The notes under the pieces were generated by a model. It made no database searches. It saw only the letters and a list, made by a program, of their open reading frames with translations, and was not told the DNA's origin. A stretch of 64,000 nucleotides of DNA from Enoplolaimus lenunculus (Eukaryota): contig JASANG010000621.1 of assembly GCA_030248215.1 (NCBI GenBank), positions 310,001 through 374,000 of the forward strand. Direction: 5' to 3'. Positions 26,501 to 38,968 of the stretch are shown here, piece after piece (the stretch's first letter is position 1; each line of letters begins with the position of its first letter). The position numbers and the translations under genes were made by a program.

Positions 26501-29500
26501 AGTGGGAAAATAAACAGTCTACATTATATTGTGTACTGTATACAGCAAACCGCAGGAAAATAAACAATACGGTGTACAGTAATTTTTTGTGATTTTATGT
26601 TTTTGAAATTGAAACGAGAACGGTGCTTGATAAAATTGATTTTCATGCAAGTCAATTAAGAATAGTATATAAAAACTGGCCCCGGTTAGGACACGGCGGG
26701 ACATCTTTAGTTATAAGTTTCCAATTTAAACATTACCAAAACCAGAATATCAACACTAGAACCGGATATCGATTATTAACAGCACCTGGATATTCGCGCA
26801 ACAGTTCTGCTTTATAACTTTAATAGTAGCATCACCTCGCAGAAAAACGACAACGATATGTACATATACTTTTGCATTAACAGTTTAATTATACAGCTTA
26901 TGTCATACATTTCAGCGATAAATATAGGAGAACTTAGAGCAGGCAACACCAGAATCGAATGTCGATTTTATCCATGCCCGAATATCCGGTCGCATACTAC
27001 TCACCATTCCGGTCACAGATCAAATTTGCTACTTGCAACTCTGAACAAATCACGGTCAACATTTCCATTATCGAATCTAGCGTTTCCCAATCTTGCTCAT
27101 AGCTTGATTCCCAATTTGCCGGCCCAGTTTCATCTAAGCTGGTACCACTACCAGCACCCGTCAGCCGAAACCAACGGCACAACCCAATGATTTTGTCTAC
27201 GTAAGTTTGAAGTAGTTTTGAGTCGCTTTGAGCTATCACAGATTTTAATCCCACTGTTGACACGAAATTGGCTTGTTCTTTAAATAACTGAAAAACAAAA
27301 AACAACAAGCATGTTACGATACAAATTCAAAAACAAACACCAACAGATTCCACCAGTTAGTAACAGGTTTTAAGAAATTTTTATAATAATTGCAAAACTG
27401 TTCCAAAAAATTGACTAACAAAACCGTATTCTTACCGATTGCGTTACAATTTTCTTCATTGAAAAATCCAACATATAGCTACACAACTTGCAGCATTCCA
27501 AACATATTTCTGGCACTAAAACACAAACCTTACAGTTGCTTGGAAACAAAACATAGGAGAATATTACATTAATTTTTACACTAACATTAAGCATGTAAAG
27601 AACTGATATTGAGCAATGAAATTCTCAATCAGCAAACGACTGACCTATGGGTTGGCATTAAAACAAACGACTTGTAGGCCAAAGTACAGTATAAATTCTG
27701 TTTCCGTAATGTGTTTGCAGGCTACGGTTTCAACTTAAGGTTTCAATTCCTGCTACCACCAATATTAATCACAATTATTTAGCGCCAGTTTACACAATAT
27801 GGAATTCAACTCCACGCTAGTTTTGACTCTCATATCCCATTCACACACGCACCTTTTGGCGCACGTGAGTGGAGATTTAGACGTAAAATTGTTTATATAC
27901 AACCAATTTACACGTGTTTTCAGTGAGTATATCGCCATACCCACCGCCGTTGCATTTCTACTGCTTCCGTGTCTCCAAACGTTCATAAAACCGTAGAACT
28001 CCACTTACCAGTGCTATACTTTTCAGCAACACTTTTCAACAATGCCAGTGAACAAAAAATCATCTTGTGGAACTTGATTTTACTGATATCCATTCGCATA
28101 ATGTCAGACACCGTATTTACCAATGCCACTAAGATTTGCTAAATAAAAATGGCAAACAAATAATCACAACAAACCAACTTATATTTATTTTTCGATTTTC
28201 ACGCCGCGCCAAATAGTTGCAGCTTAAATTTCCGTAATCAGGGAGTAGGTATTATTGTGAAATTAATGTTACACACTACATTTGATCAATTAACTACTGC
28301 AATGCGTGCCTTTCATTATATGTACGATCCGAGACTGCTAGTAAACACTAAAATATGCCGTTGACCCCCTCAATTGGAGGGGTTACCATAGAAGAAGGTA
28401 CGCGTGATGCTATATAGAATGAACTGCTAAGAAGTGAGTGTCACATTTCAAAATACTTTAACAAGAGTATGCAACAGGGTACATTCTGCGTAGGAACGAC
28501 CGTACACACCACCCAACAAGTAGTGTTTGTAAAAATATACCATTATCGACCTTTGTTAGTAGGTATTTAAACAAACGAACACTGCAGAATCTGCTTACCT
28601 GAAACTTTACATGGAAGTAGATTATTCCAAGTTCAAAATAATGTGCAGATTTTTTAACCTCATACGGGCAAAGGTTTTTCACTTACTGTATCCTGCGACC
28701 CGTCCAGTGTAATTTCTTTCATACATCGCAACGCTAACAGTATAGTTGGCAAGCTAACATGCAGCAAACCGGCTTTAGTTGTGTCAGAAACTTCGAAGTT
28801 AATATCCCTGAGATTGATTGAGAGATCAGACAGTCCTTTACGGCACATCAATAAAATATTTGAAAAGTAAGCGGAATTGGATGCAGTACACTGATACTTG
28901 CGTTTGCTAAAATATAAAATGGCTTAATTCCATGACAGTAGCCAGAAGGCACAATTTGAAATGGTTCATTTCAATCATAAATGGTTAAAATTCTAACGTG
29001 CCTTTCGCATGCATGTACGTACTAGTTCTTCTCGGGAAATGTCAAAATCGTGCAAAATACGTTCAGGCCAAGTTTCTAGGATTGCCCATTTATAGGGGGT
29101 AACCGCAACCTCTCCTTGGCTCATACGTTATGTGTAACCTCTCCTTGGCTCACGCGTTACTAACCCTACCGCCATCTAAAAATAAGAGCCGAGATCGAGA
29201 ATTTTGAAATAAACACCCGAAGACTGTTTACGAAAACTTAAAAATTAAGAAATCTACTTGGAATAAATAAATAAATAACGTACGCTAATGCAGAACACAC
29301 ATAAATCACCGAATTAGCATAGTTTAAGAAATTCAGTACGTTTTCAAACACCACGTGTTGTTGCAATCTAAAAATATCACAGAAGAAAACAATTCCATCA
29401 ATAATATAATACGTTGTTCTGAAAGATGATATTTTCATTGATTCCCCTAGATTGCATCCCTTAAGCATTTCGTTTTTGCTAGAAACTTGCCTTTCCAAAT

Positions 29501-32500
29501 CCTAATACTTCCCGTCGGTCCCGTAGCCAGAGAAAAACCAGATCGGAACTCAGCCCCTCTAGGATATCTCAAATTGTTTTGGATCGCCTGTCAGATTGAG
29601 CCGGTTACGGAGGGAAGCTAGTCCCCGTTCTTTCCCAAAAGCGTTACAACTGAGAATATAACATCGTAGGTATGCAGGATAAACTTACCTCGAAGCTCTG
29701 ACCAAACCAGCCAACAATTCACACATATTCGACATCGGAAATCCTTTGTTTCTCAAAGCACTTTCGTTAAGCAACCACACTAAGTGAGCAACTATTTCAA
29801 CTTGGCTTAACCTCGGTCCCGCCAGCTCCGTACAGAACCCTTCAAATTCCAATCCAGCTTCTTCCCACACCTTTAATACAACTACTAAAAACCGGCAAAT
29901 CTGATCTAAGGCTGTAAATCCAATCTGTTCAAGCTGGTTCCCTTGATTCAAGCCAAAAATAAAATTCGCCCTTCCGGTGTCCATAATAATAGCAATAGCA
30001 TTTTGCAAAAATGCACGCTCGTGCCGTTGCTTATGGTTTGTGAGTGCAATCTCAATGCAATCCTGCGCACAACGCTGTACGAATATACTGCAATCACGAA
30101 TTGCTAAAGTCAGCATTGTTGGATTGACAAAATAGCTCAAGTCTTTTGACGTGCAGCCGCCTAAAATATAAATATTACAATAATTATGAAGCGCAAATAT
30201 GCAGTACAACTCAAAATCTCTATTTACCAGACGTAGTGAAATTATATTTTTTGAGCGAAGCTCAGTATGATTAAATTAGAAAGTCGGAATCTCTGTGTTT
30301 AGTCTCGCTCAACTACGCTACAATGTTTCTAATATATGACCTGCGATGCTAAATTCTTCAATAAAAATGTACCAAAAAGTTCCATTAAATTTCTACTATA
30401 GAATGGTACGACACTACGACCATATGGACAACAGAATGCGACCAGATATCGGGCTCCGGCAAAAAATGAACGTGCGGCTCCGGCTCCGGCCGGATATTAG
30501 ATTATCCGAATCCGGAACTTTTTTGGTATACGGTCGCAACCTGATGGATATCTAAATGTCTGAATTCATACATAGTTTTAATACGCAATTGCTAACCAGG
30601 ATATCAGCTTAAATTAACGGAAACATCAATTTAACACCAGAAATCATAAATAATTGGTATCCAATTTAGCAACAGGGCCTGAAAACATAACCAGCTAATT
30701 TCGCATCTTAAGAGTTCCGTAATGGCCCATAATGTGCTGCCACGCAGGAAACAAACTAACCTGTTAGCAGATCTTTGTGTGCCAACACCCACGCATGTCT
30801 GACTGATGCATCTTGCCATAATCTTTCGACTTGCGATAACTGAACACTCAACCGTTCCAGTGAAGTTTCGGTGACAAAACTAACCTAAAACAAAAATATC
30901 GAAAGTACACTATCGCCATGTTTTCCTTACACTTGTCGCCAAAGTCTGATAAAGAACCGCTAGTAAACCAGAAATGCTTACGATTACCAGGCAATTTTTA
31001 TCGGATATCCGAAATTAAATATTTATTATTTAACTGCTTCAGTAGTCGGGGTTTTCAGTTTAAAAGATGGTACACAGTCTAAATAAATACTTGCGTTGAC
31101 CACCTGAAATTGAGTTGATATGGTTCCTCTCCGACTGATTTAAACCAATGTAACAGGTATTCTACCGAATGTCACCCTTCCTTCGAACTATTATATCCAT
31201 GAGCTGTTTACGTTCCAAGAAGAAAGAACCACATTGAAATTTACTTACGCTTAATTGTACAAACGTCAGCCCGTGTTATTTTCAGTGGTGCCCTGCTTTC
31301 TCACAGTAGAGAATGTTTAAATCTTAGACAAATTATTTTGCTTGGACTTAAGGGTAAGCGTTGTTTTAAACTTGCACTTATTACGCTAAGAAGGTTTAAT
31401 CTTAGGAATATGCTTTAGTTGTTACATTGCTAAAAGTTAAATCGGTCGAAATGTTCAGGACCCACTCTAATCTAAATATGTCGGAACATAATGCCGATCT
31501 GGCTCATCATAACGTCGGAACATAATGCCGATCTGGCTCATCATAACCTCCCATTTATTCAGATTCCTCGCACCCAAAAACCCTCCAGTAACCTTAATAA
31601 TTTGTGAAATAATATAAAAAACAGTTATTTAGGCTTATCAATTAAGCAAATATGCAAATTAGCTATTAGCTAACTACTCAATTATCAGTTTTGGAGGTTT
31701 GTAAACAATTTATTCAGATTTCTCGGGTCCAAAAACCCTTTCAAACAAGAAAAGTTGAGATTTTTTGGACAGACAGACGGACAGACATCCACCCCGTCGA
31801 CCCCAGAGTACAAAACATAAAACGCTTCGAGAAACTCCAAGCTTGGCTCGGAGTTTCGTTTCGCTCAATTAGTGAAATATTTTTAAAAGTCCTAATTTAG
31901 GCTTATCAATTATGCTAATATGCAAATTAGTTATTAGCTAGCTATTCACATATCGGTTATGGAGGTTTGTAAACAATTTATTCGGATTTCTCGTACCCGA
32001 AAACCCTTTAGTACTGAAATTACATTGCTTGTAACCCTAAGAATTAGTGAAATACAGTAAAAAGTCCTAAAGTAGACTTAACGAATTATGCAAATTTTTA
32101 GCCTGTAGCTAATAAACGGCTTAAAATTTTAAAACCCCAATGCGACGTTAACTTCCCAGGATAATAAGCTTTCAAACAAAAAGGTTTATCAAAATCGGTT
32201 CATCCTGAGATTCTTTTCGGACAGCCAAACATACAGACGGACGGACGGACATCCACCTTTCGACTCCCAAGTACAAAACATAAAACGTTTCACTCAACAA
32301 GTATATCTAAAAATGTATAATTTTGCGTTTTTTTCGAATAATATGTTTGCTGTAAAGAATTAATTATCGGGAAACTAAATAAATAAACATAACTAAATAA
32401 ATAAACATACATACATATTCAATTCACCTGAGCACCTCTAAACCAAAATCCCGACTGTCAAGACTCCTGATGAAACCGATTAATTATATGACCAAAACTA

Positions 32501-33455
32501 TGGCTACACATGTACCTTTCCTATCATTTTGGTTGTTATTTTCAACATAGTCACCGCACCAAAAACTGACAATTTTTCCGTCACAAATTCTTCGCTCGAC
32601 CACGAATCGAACACTGTCTTTGAAATACAACAGTCTAAAAATAATCTAATATAGAGGAATTGTACGATGCGCCGAACGGTATACAAACTTTTGAATTTTC
32701 TAATACAAATTTTTTTGGTCTTTGAAAGCAGAATTTATGACATCACCCTAGCAAAAGAACAGAACCACACTTGTCGTTCAGAACTATGTAAAAGACGATA
32801 AAAATTTACATATTTTAATGTAAAGGAACATTTATAGCAGCCGGCACCTCGTCCTATTTTCCTAAAACTAACATGTGACATAAGCTTCCACGAAATCTAT
32901 CAACTTATTGGCCCATGTCACTTGAAGGGGCGTCCACGTTTCTGGTGGGTCTATAAAAGGGCAGGTTTAGATTCTAGATAACATTTTTTTGCTTAGGCTT
33001 AGGAACACATTTTTACAACGCTTAGGCTTAGGCTTATGAATACGCTTAATCTGCTGTTACGCCCCTTAAAGTATTAACATTGGCCAACTTATTGATGCCG
33101 ACGTATCGCCTAAAACAGGTCGCATGCTTCAACTTCGTTTCAACACCGTGTACAGTTTGTAAGCCTACACATAACTAATCCAGGAACTCCAAACTAGCGC
33201 AATATGCGTCAGAACAATTAAAAGATGGTAAAAAGGATATCTTACAAGTGCCCACGCTCCTACAAACATACCTGCGACATGAGTTTCAACAAAATCCACC
33301 AACTTATTAATATAGGTATCGTCTATAGTCGTTCGCTCACTCCATTCATAACTCAACAGTAACGTTTCAAGGGCGTTCAACAATTTCGGATGCACTCGGT
33401 CATGATCTATTTGAACTGAATTTCCGGAGGATAAGGATACAGGCTGGTCTTTCAT
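23552..33455 (-). CDS. BRAT1: BRCA1-associated ATM activator 1 homolog (ARM/HEAT-repeat Integrator assembly factor), ~967 aa
   Basis: Phase-consistent exons: 33455-33272, 32634-32516, 30884-30761, 30160-29689, 28906-28687, 28138-28009, 27515-27436, 27287-27005, 25701-25529, 24670-23552; total 2904 nt. Motifs IDDTYINKLVDF, WQDASVRHAWV, DCSIFVQRCA and C-terminal LLDDI...DLDCY match recalled BRAT1 features. Confidence 0.85.
24844..25234 (+). mobile_element. hAT-like MITE (CAGGGTGCAACCGG family)
   Basis: Perfect TIRs CAGGGTGCAACCGGAATT; perfect 8-bp TSD AAGACAAT; subterminal CCGGAA repeats. Confidence 0.9.
26176..26430. repeat. Semi-palindromic dispersed repeat (CAAGAG...CTCTT family)
   Basis: Inverted arms CGTTGCGTTTTTGG..CCCC / GGGG..AAAAAATGCAACG. 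Similar element at ~63163-63408 and a fragment near 28462. Boundaries approximate. Confidence 0.55.
31480..31547. repeat. Perfect 34-bp tandem duplication
   Basis: GTCGGAACATAATGCCGATCTGGCTCATCATAAC occurs twice in tandem. Confidence 0.9.
31550..32300. repeat. Internally repeated element with (RGAC)n microsatellite, possibly Helentron/DINE-like
   Basis: Two copies of GGACAG..GACGGAC.GACATCCACC...AGTACAAAACATAAAACG and 2-3 copies of a TTAGGCTTATCAATT..GCAAAT unit. Confidence 0.5.
32927..33065 (+). mobile_element. GGGGCGT-TIR MITE containing TTAGGC repeats
   Basis: Reverse-complement homolog of 35069-35224; TIR GGGGCGT/ACGCCCC. Confidence 0.75.
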
Positions 33456-33574
33456 ATTTCAACACCGAATAGTAAACAATACACGCTGATAGGCTTGTAT
33501 TCTAAAAAGAATAGTACGTGTAAGCCGTTGGCAATAAATTTTTATCAAGTCAGTCTCGTTGTGAAAACAAATAA

Positions 33575-35811
33575 TGCGTCGTCCACAATTATTCGCGTAC
33601 GCGTTGTGGAATTTTGCGTCGACTGTAGACGACTGCCATCTACTATATTTACAACGGACGGCAGTTAGTTGTACTATATTTTTCAATTTTTGAAATTTTT
33701 AAAATTTCAATAGACGATTGCTATTTTTCGCCTACCTACCGTCTACGCCTGCTGTAAATTTGAAAAAAGGCAATCGTTTTTGATGGTACTAACAACATGT
33801 GAGATATCGTCTAAAGCGTAGTTTTAAACTTATAGTAGCCGTCAACAGGTGCGCTAGCTTAAGGTACTGCAGTTGTCGATGAGAGTTTTAAACAAAACAG
33901 CTTAGACACTTGCCCTTAGCAAATTAAATATAGCAGCTGTCAATGAGAATTTATGCAAATACGGCGACCGTCTACGGCTTTTAAGGTTCGCAAACTTGAA
34001 ATTTTCTAAAAATGTATTGTTTTTTCGCAGATCCAGAAAAAGGGGCCTGTGCAATTTCTGAAAAAGGGGGGAATTGCACTAGAAAACACTGGCGAGCAAA
34101 GAGAGCGAGAAACTGAATGCCGGCGGGCGAGTACAAACTTTGTTTGCCTAGACCAGTATGGCAGACGCGTTGTACGGATCCTCTATTGTTGTGTGCTTTT
34201 TCTTTCATATTTTCTTTTGCGCACTATCAAGTCTGCCCATTTGCTTTTTAATAGGGGCGTCCAGGTTTTTGGTGGGTAAGAGTGGGTATAGATTCAAGAT
34301 TTACATTTTTTGCTAGGCTAAAGGCTTAGGCTTATAGGAACACTTTTTTCAACGCTTAGGCTTAGGTTCCGTTTTGTTCATTTTTTAGTATCTTGATTAC
34401 GTGTTTGTCCGGCCTGCCGTATCTCTGCTGAATGTGTATTTGCAACTATACCTACACTGAAGCATATTGTTTTTTGCTTGTATTTTCCTGTTACTTTGGA
34501 ATTCTTGTAGTTGAAAATATGTTTAAAAATAGTTGTATTGCTTTTTTAAAAGTAAACGCCTATCAAACTTCTTAATATATACACCTCACGGAGAGCAAGC
34601 ACGAAAAGGGAACGCGCACGCGGAGTTCAAATGGGAAAGCAGAAAAGAGGGGTATGAAATAGTCCAGGCCAAGGGGATACAGTTTGCCCATGTATAGAAC
34701 AAGGCCGGAACTCCACAAATTGAAAATTTTGGCAATACACGCTCGGACAATTTTTTATAGATTTAAAAACTTTAGAATATACGCCAATTTTTCTTTTTAA
34801 ATGAAAAATTTTCAAAATGGAAAATACCGGAAAATTCCGGTGAAAAAATATCGGATTTTTCTACCGGCTACCGGAACCGGAATTCCGGTTGCACCCTGAC
34901 TCAACTATAGTCAGAAATTTTTTGCCGCTTCCCCCCCGCAAGGTAGGCTGTCCTGCGCCAACACACTGCAACTTTTATTTTTTTACAAATACACATAACA
35001 AACATGCAATAGAGCACAGCACGTATTGGAAGAACATGGGAATGCAAATCCTGTCCAATGTACTTTTAGGGGCGTAACAGCAAATTAAGCGTATTCCTAA
35101 GCCTAAGCCTAAGCCTAAGCGTTGCAAAAATGTGTTTATTAAGCCTAAGCCTAAGCCTAAGCAAAAAATGTAATCTAGAATCTAAACCTGTTCTTTTATA
35201 GACCACCAGGAACTTGGACGCCCCTTATTGTCCCCATAAATTTTTTTAGAACCGAAATGACTACAAACTACGCTGGCTATTTTAGGCCAACAATTCTTTT
35301 TTTAAAATATACCTCCGAAGTTTTGTACGACACAGAAATTCGACCACGCATGGCCTGTTTCATATTCGTATTGCACGTTTAAAAAATTTGAATCTAGAAA
35401 AGTTTGGTACAACATTGCGTAGACAGCTACCGTATCAAAATTTTCGGGCTGTCGTCTACGCTGCTCAGTTTGAACATATAGCAACTGTAGTCGCGTGTTC
35501 AAATTATAGGGGCAGCCGTCTACAGCTTTGAAACGAAAAATAGTAGCCGTCAACGATGGGCTATTTCTAACTTCAGTAGTTGTCAGCATTTACTATATAA
35601 AAGAAACCCATAGACAGTTGCTGTTTAAAAATTTAACCAAATTTTAAAAATGAAAAATTATTTTTGAAAAATTGAAAAGCACTGAAGGTTGCTATAAAAT
35701 TTTCGCAAAGGCAGCTGTTGTAGCTTTACTAATCACGAACCCGTTAAGGGCAGTCGTCTACGGTCGACGCAAAATTCCACAACGCGTACGCGAATAATTG
35801 TGGACGACGCA
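33575..35811. mobile_element. 2.2-kb non-autonomous TIR element with TAA TSD (PIF/Harbinger-like)
   Basis: ~65-bp near-perfect TIRs beginning TGCGTCGTCCACAATTATTCGCGTACGCG; TAA at 33572-74 and 35812-14; contains nested MITEs. Confidence 0.8.
35069..35224 (-). mobile_element. Tourist-like MITE with internal (GCCTAA)n telomere-type arrays
   Basis: TIR GGGGCGT/ACGCCCC, TTA on both sides, two GCCTAA arrays inside. Confidence 0.8.
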
Positions 35812-35937
35812 TAATATGCAGTTGTACAAAAATACGACCGCTGTATTGTTTCAAATGTCATATATACTATCGTTCTATATCTTGAAAGCTAACAGTCAAA
35901 GAATTGCGTGATGGATGCGACATAAATCTGTAGCTGT

Positions 35938-36483
35938 CAGGGTGCAATCGGAGGTGATAAATATCGGAGCAGGAGGTCAACGAAACTTGCCGGAGCCAGA
36001 GGTGAGATGAAATTAGCAGGGTACAACCAGAGGTCTGCCTCCGGCAGAAAATCGGCCTAGGGCTCCGGCTTCGGCAGAGTATTTGCCGGAGGTTCCGGCA
36101 AATTCGGTAGTAAAATTTTGCATAATTTTACCTAATTTCGCCTCACCTCCGGACCCGGCAAGTTTCGTTGACCTCAGTCTCCGGCTCCGGTATTTTTCAT
36201 CTCCCTTTGCACCCTGTAAATTAGGTAGTAAAAATGATGGTTATAGTTAATTTTAGCGAATATCTGTAATATATTGTGAAGTTGTTCGGTTTCACGCTAG
36301 TTTTCTGCGAAATTGAGAATTGTGACAAAAGTAAAACGAAACGCGCTAAACAGATACACTTTGAAAAATTATGCAAATTTTTACTACCAAAATTGAAGGA
36401 ACCTCCGGCAAACATTCTACCGGAGCCGGAGCTAGAGGCCGATTTTTCGCCGAAGACAGAGACAGACATCCGGTTATACCCTT
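35938..36483. mobile_element. hAT-like MITE with an inverted same-family copy nested at 36017-36216
   Basis: Outer ends CAGGGTGCAATCGG / CGGTTATACCCTT with flanks GTAGCTGT/GTAGCTAT. Inner ends CAGGGTACAACC / TGCACCCTG with flanks GAAATTAG/TAAATTAG. Confidence 0.7.
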
Positions 36484-37726
36484 GTAGCTATCTACCTTCA
36501 GTAAGTCGTTTTGGATCCAGCAAAAAATATCTCTAGCAATTATCGTAGTATTCTAGTGTCATTTGACGATTTCGTTTGCAGCGATGTGCTAATTCTTGTC
36601 GCGATTTCCCCAAAACTCTCATCGGGAAAATGTCAAACTACTGAAATGTAGCGAGCCCGATATAACCAACCGACCATGCAAGACGATTCTACATAAACTA
36701 CGCCCACAGCCACATGCTTTCCTCATGTTTACCTTCCAATATACGTTAAGAACCACGAGGACAGTGTACTCCAAAAACTGTGCGACAGTTAGTATTCATT
36801 GCGTCTAGAATCTATGTTGACCATGCGCATTTTTTAACATCAGTTATCACTTCATTTTGAAAACTCGCTCATGACTAAACTTGAGACACTCGTTAAGAAT
36901 TTAACGCGTACAACGTTTACTTTAGGTATAAAAATACATAGATTAATGAAAGTATATATTTTATACAGAACAGGTTGCAGTATCGCAATTTAATACAATA
37001 TCAATTTTTCTAAAAACATGCATCTTGCAACCTACGAATTTAAGACTTTGCTAAGCACTATATTTTCACAGGATACACATTCGGTAACTGCAACAAAACC
37101 AACGTAAACCTATACCAGCGATACTCGACAATAGCTACTAAGTATTTGCCAGAGAAGTTTCTCGCTTACAATAACTTTCTTGGAATCAATGTCCGAAAAA
37201 ACTTCACACAACAGTAATGCACCGTTCACAACAATTTTGTCAACGGTGCCACAAAATCTGCTATATCCCCTGGCCTATAAGTGATTTCTCTGTAGACGAG
37301 GGCTTTCCCGTATCCAACGCCTTCCTCGAAACTTGTGATAGCCCTGGGCTATCACAAAACTCCTCAAATTTAGCCACTTACAGCACTAGTATTTGGATAT
37401 CCGGCAATATTTGGCGGATATTTATTTGGATATCCGAAATTAAATTTCCTATTTCGGATATCCGAAACCCGATTTTGCGTTTTCTGGGTTTTTAAATATC
37501 AATTTTCGGTTCTTAAGCGCTTGTTTTAACAAGTTGCTCTTAAGGAAGTGCCCTAACCCACATGGTAATTGTTATGAGCGTAAAACATACAATTCTAAAA
37601 TCGTTATTTATTCTGCATTTCGGATACATATCGGGATATTTTACATATCAGGATATCCGGATATCCGGTGCCCATCTATACAAAACATACACAAACACAA
37701 TATAAATGCACACAACGCAATTTAAC

Positions 37727-37843
37727 ACACAAACAACAAACACACACTATCGAGTCACAGATCTTAAATCTTGCAAACTTTGGTACACAAACAACAAACA
37801 CACACTATAGAGTCACAGATCTTAAATCTTGCAAACTTTGGTG
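37727..37843. repeat. ~58-bp tandem duplication
   Basis: ACACAAACAACAAACACACACTAT(C/A)GAGTCACAGATCTTAAATCTTGCAAACTTTGGT occurs twice. Confidence 0.85.
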
Positions 37844-38968
37844 TTAACCCTGAACTAGGCCAAATTTTGTGGTACCGTTCGATTTTCAAGTAAAGCGACT
37901 TATTGTTTCTTAGGGTTAAGTTGTAGCTCATTCTTATGCCTAGTAATATGCTTTATAGTCCATGGCTATCACGAGCTCAAAATTATTGTGAACGGCGCGT
38001 AACTCAGTACATAAACCCAGGCATGCATAAAAGAAATAAGTTAAAGGAAAACCTTATACCAGCTTTGTATAAACCAGGTGCGCATGCAAGAGGAAAGATA
38101 AAGGAGACTATCCCCTGCCAAAACCTGTTGAGACACATGAAAAAGCACAGCTGGATCGCATAGGTCAAAAAAGTTTCTTTTACATGAGAGTATAACCTGT
38201 AGAACTGATATACTGGCTACGCCCCTGGTACAAACACATACGATCGAAATTGCACCTTATACATAGGGCGATTAGGATACATTTTCGTGTTCCAAACACC
38301 ACACCTATCTTAAAATAGAGAAAATGATCCATAAACAGGAAAATAACTACGTAACTCACCGTTCCAAAACTAGGGTTCGCGGACGCGTTTCGCAATGTCG
38401 GCAGTGAAATTTCTCGTAGTTTAAAAGAAATTTTATCATTCGGTCCATTTAGCTACATCTATTGGTGCGATTTCAAGAAAAGAATATTTAGAGTTACTTA
38501 ACAAATATGCCTAAAACCAAAATTTTCCGTAGACATTTAATAAAACTAGAAAATTACCCATTATTTTAATAGCTTTATTTTTTCACACACGGCTTTACCT
38601 ACGACAAATTTTGTTTTTTGACATAAGAAAAAACCAGAAATAGAACCTTTCACACCTAAATTGGAGTTAGCTTGCATCAGGGTCTGTATTCAGGTCTATG
38701 ACATCTCCAAATTCTAATTAATACACTCGGTGAATATTATAACTTTGCAAGAGCGCTTGTATTATTTTCGTATTCAATCCAATGGTGCAAAGTCTGTCCT
38801 AAGAAACTGAGCTTAACAATTTTTCTCATGCCAGTACTCTAGTTTTGCCAAATTCAAGCACCCTTATTATTTCTTTCTGCAATCTTTATGTGTACCCCTA
38901 TCTGAGCTATGCTTCCTCACCCCTGCCTCCTAATGCTATCAGACATCCCAGTGACCTACCCCCCGAAG

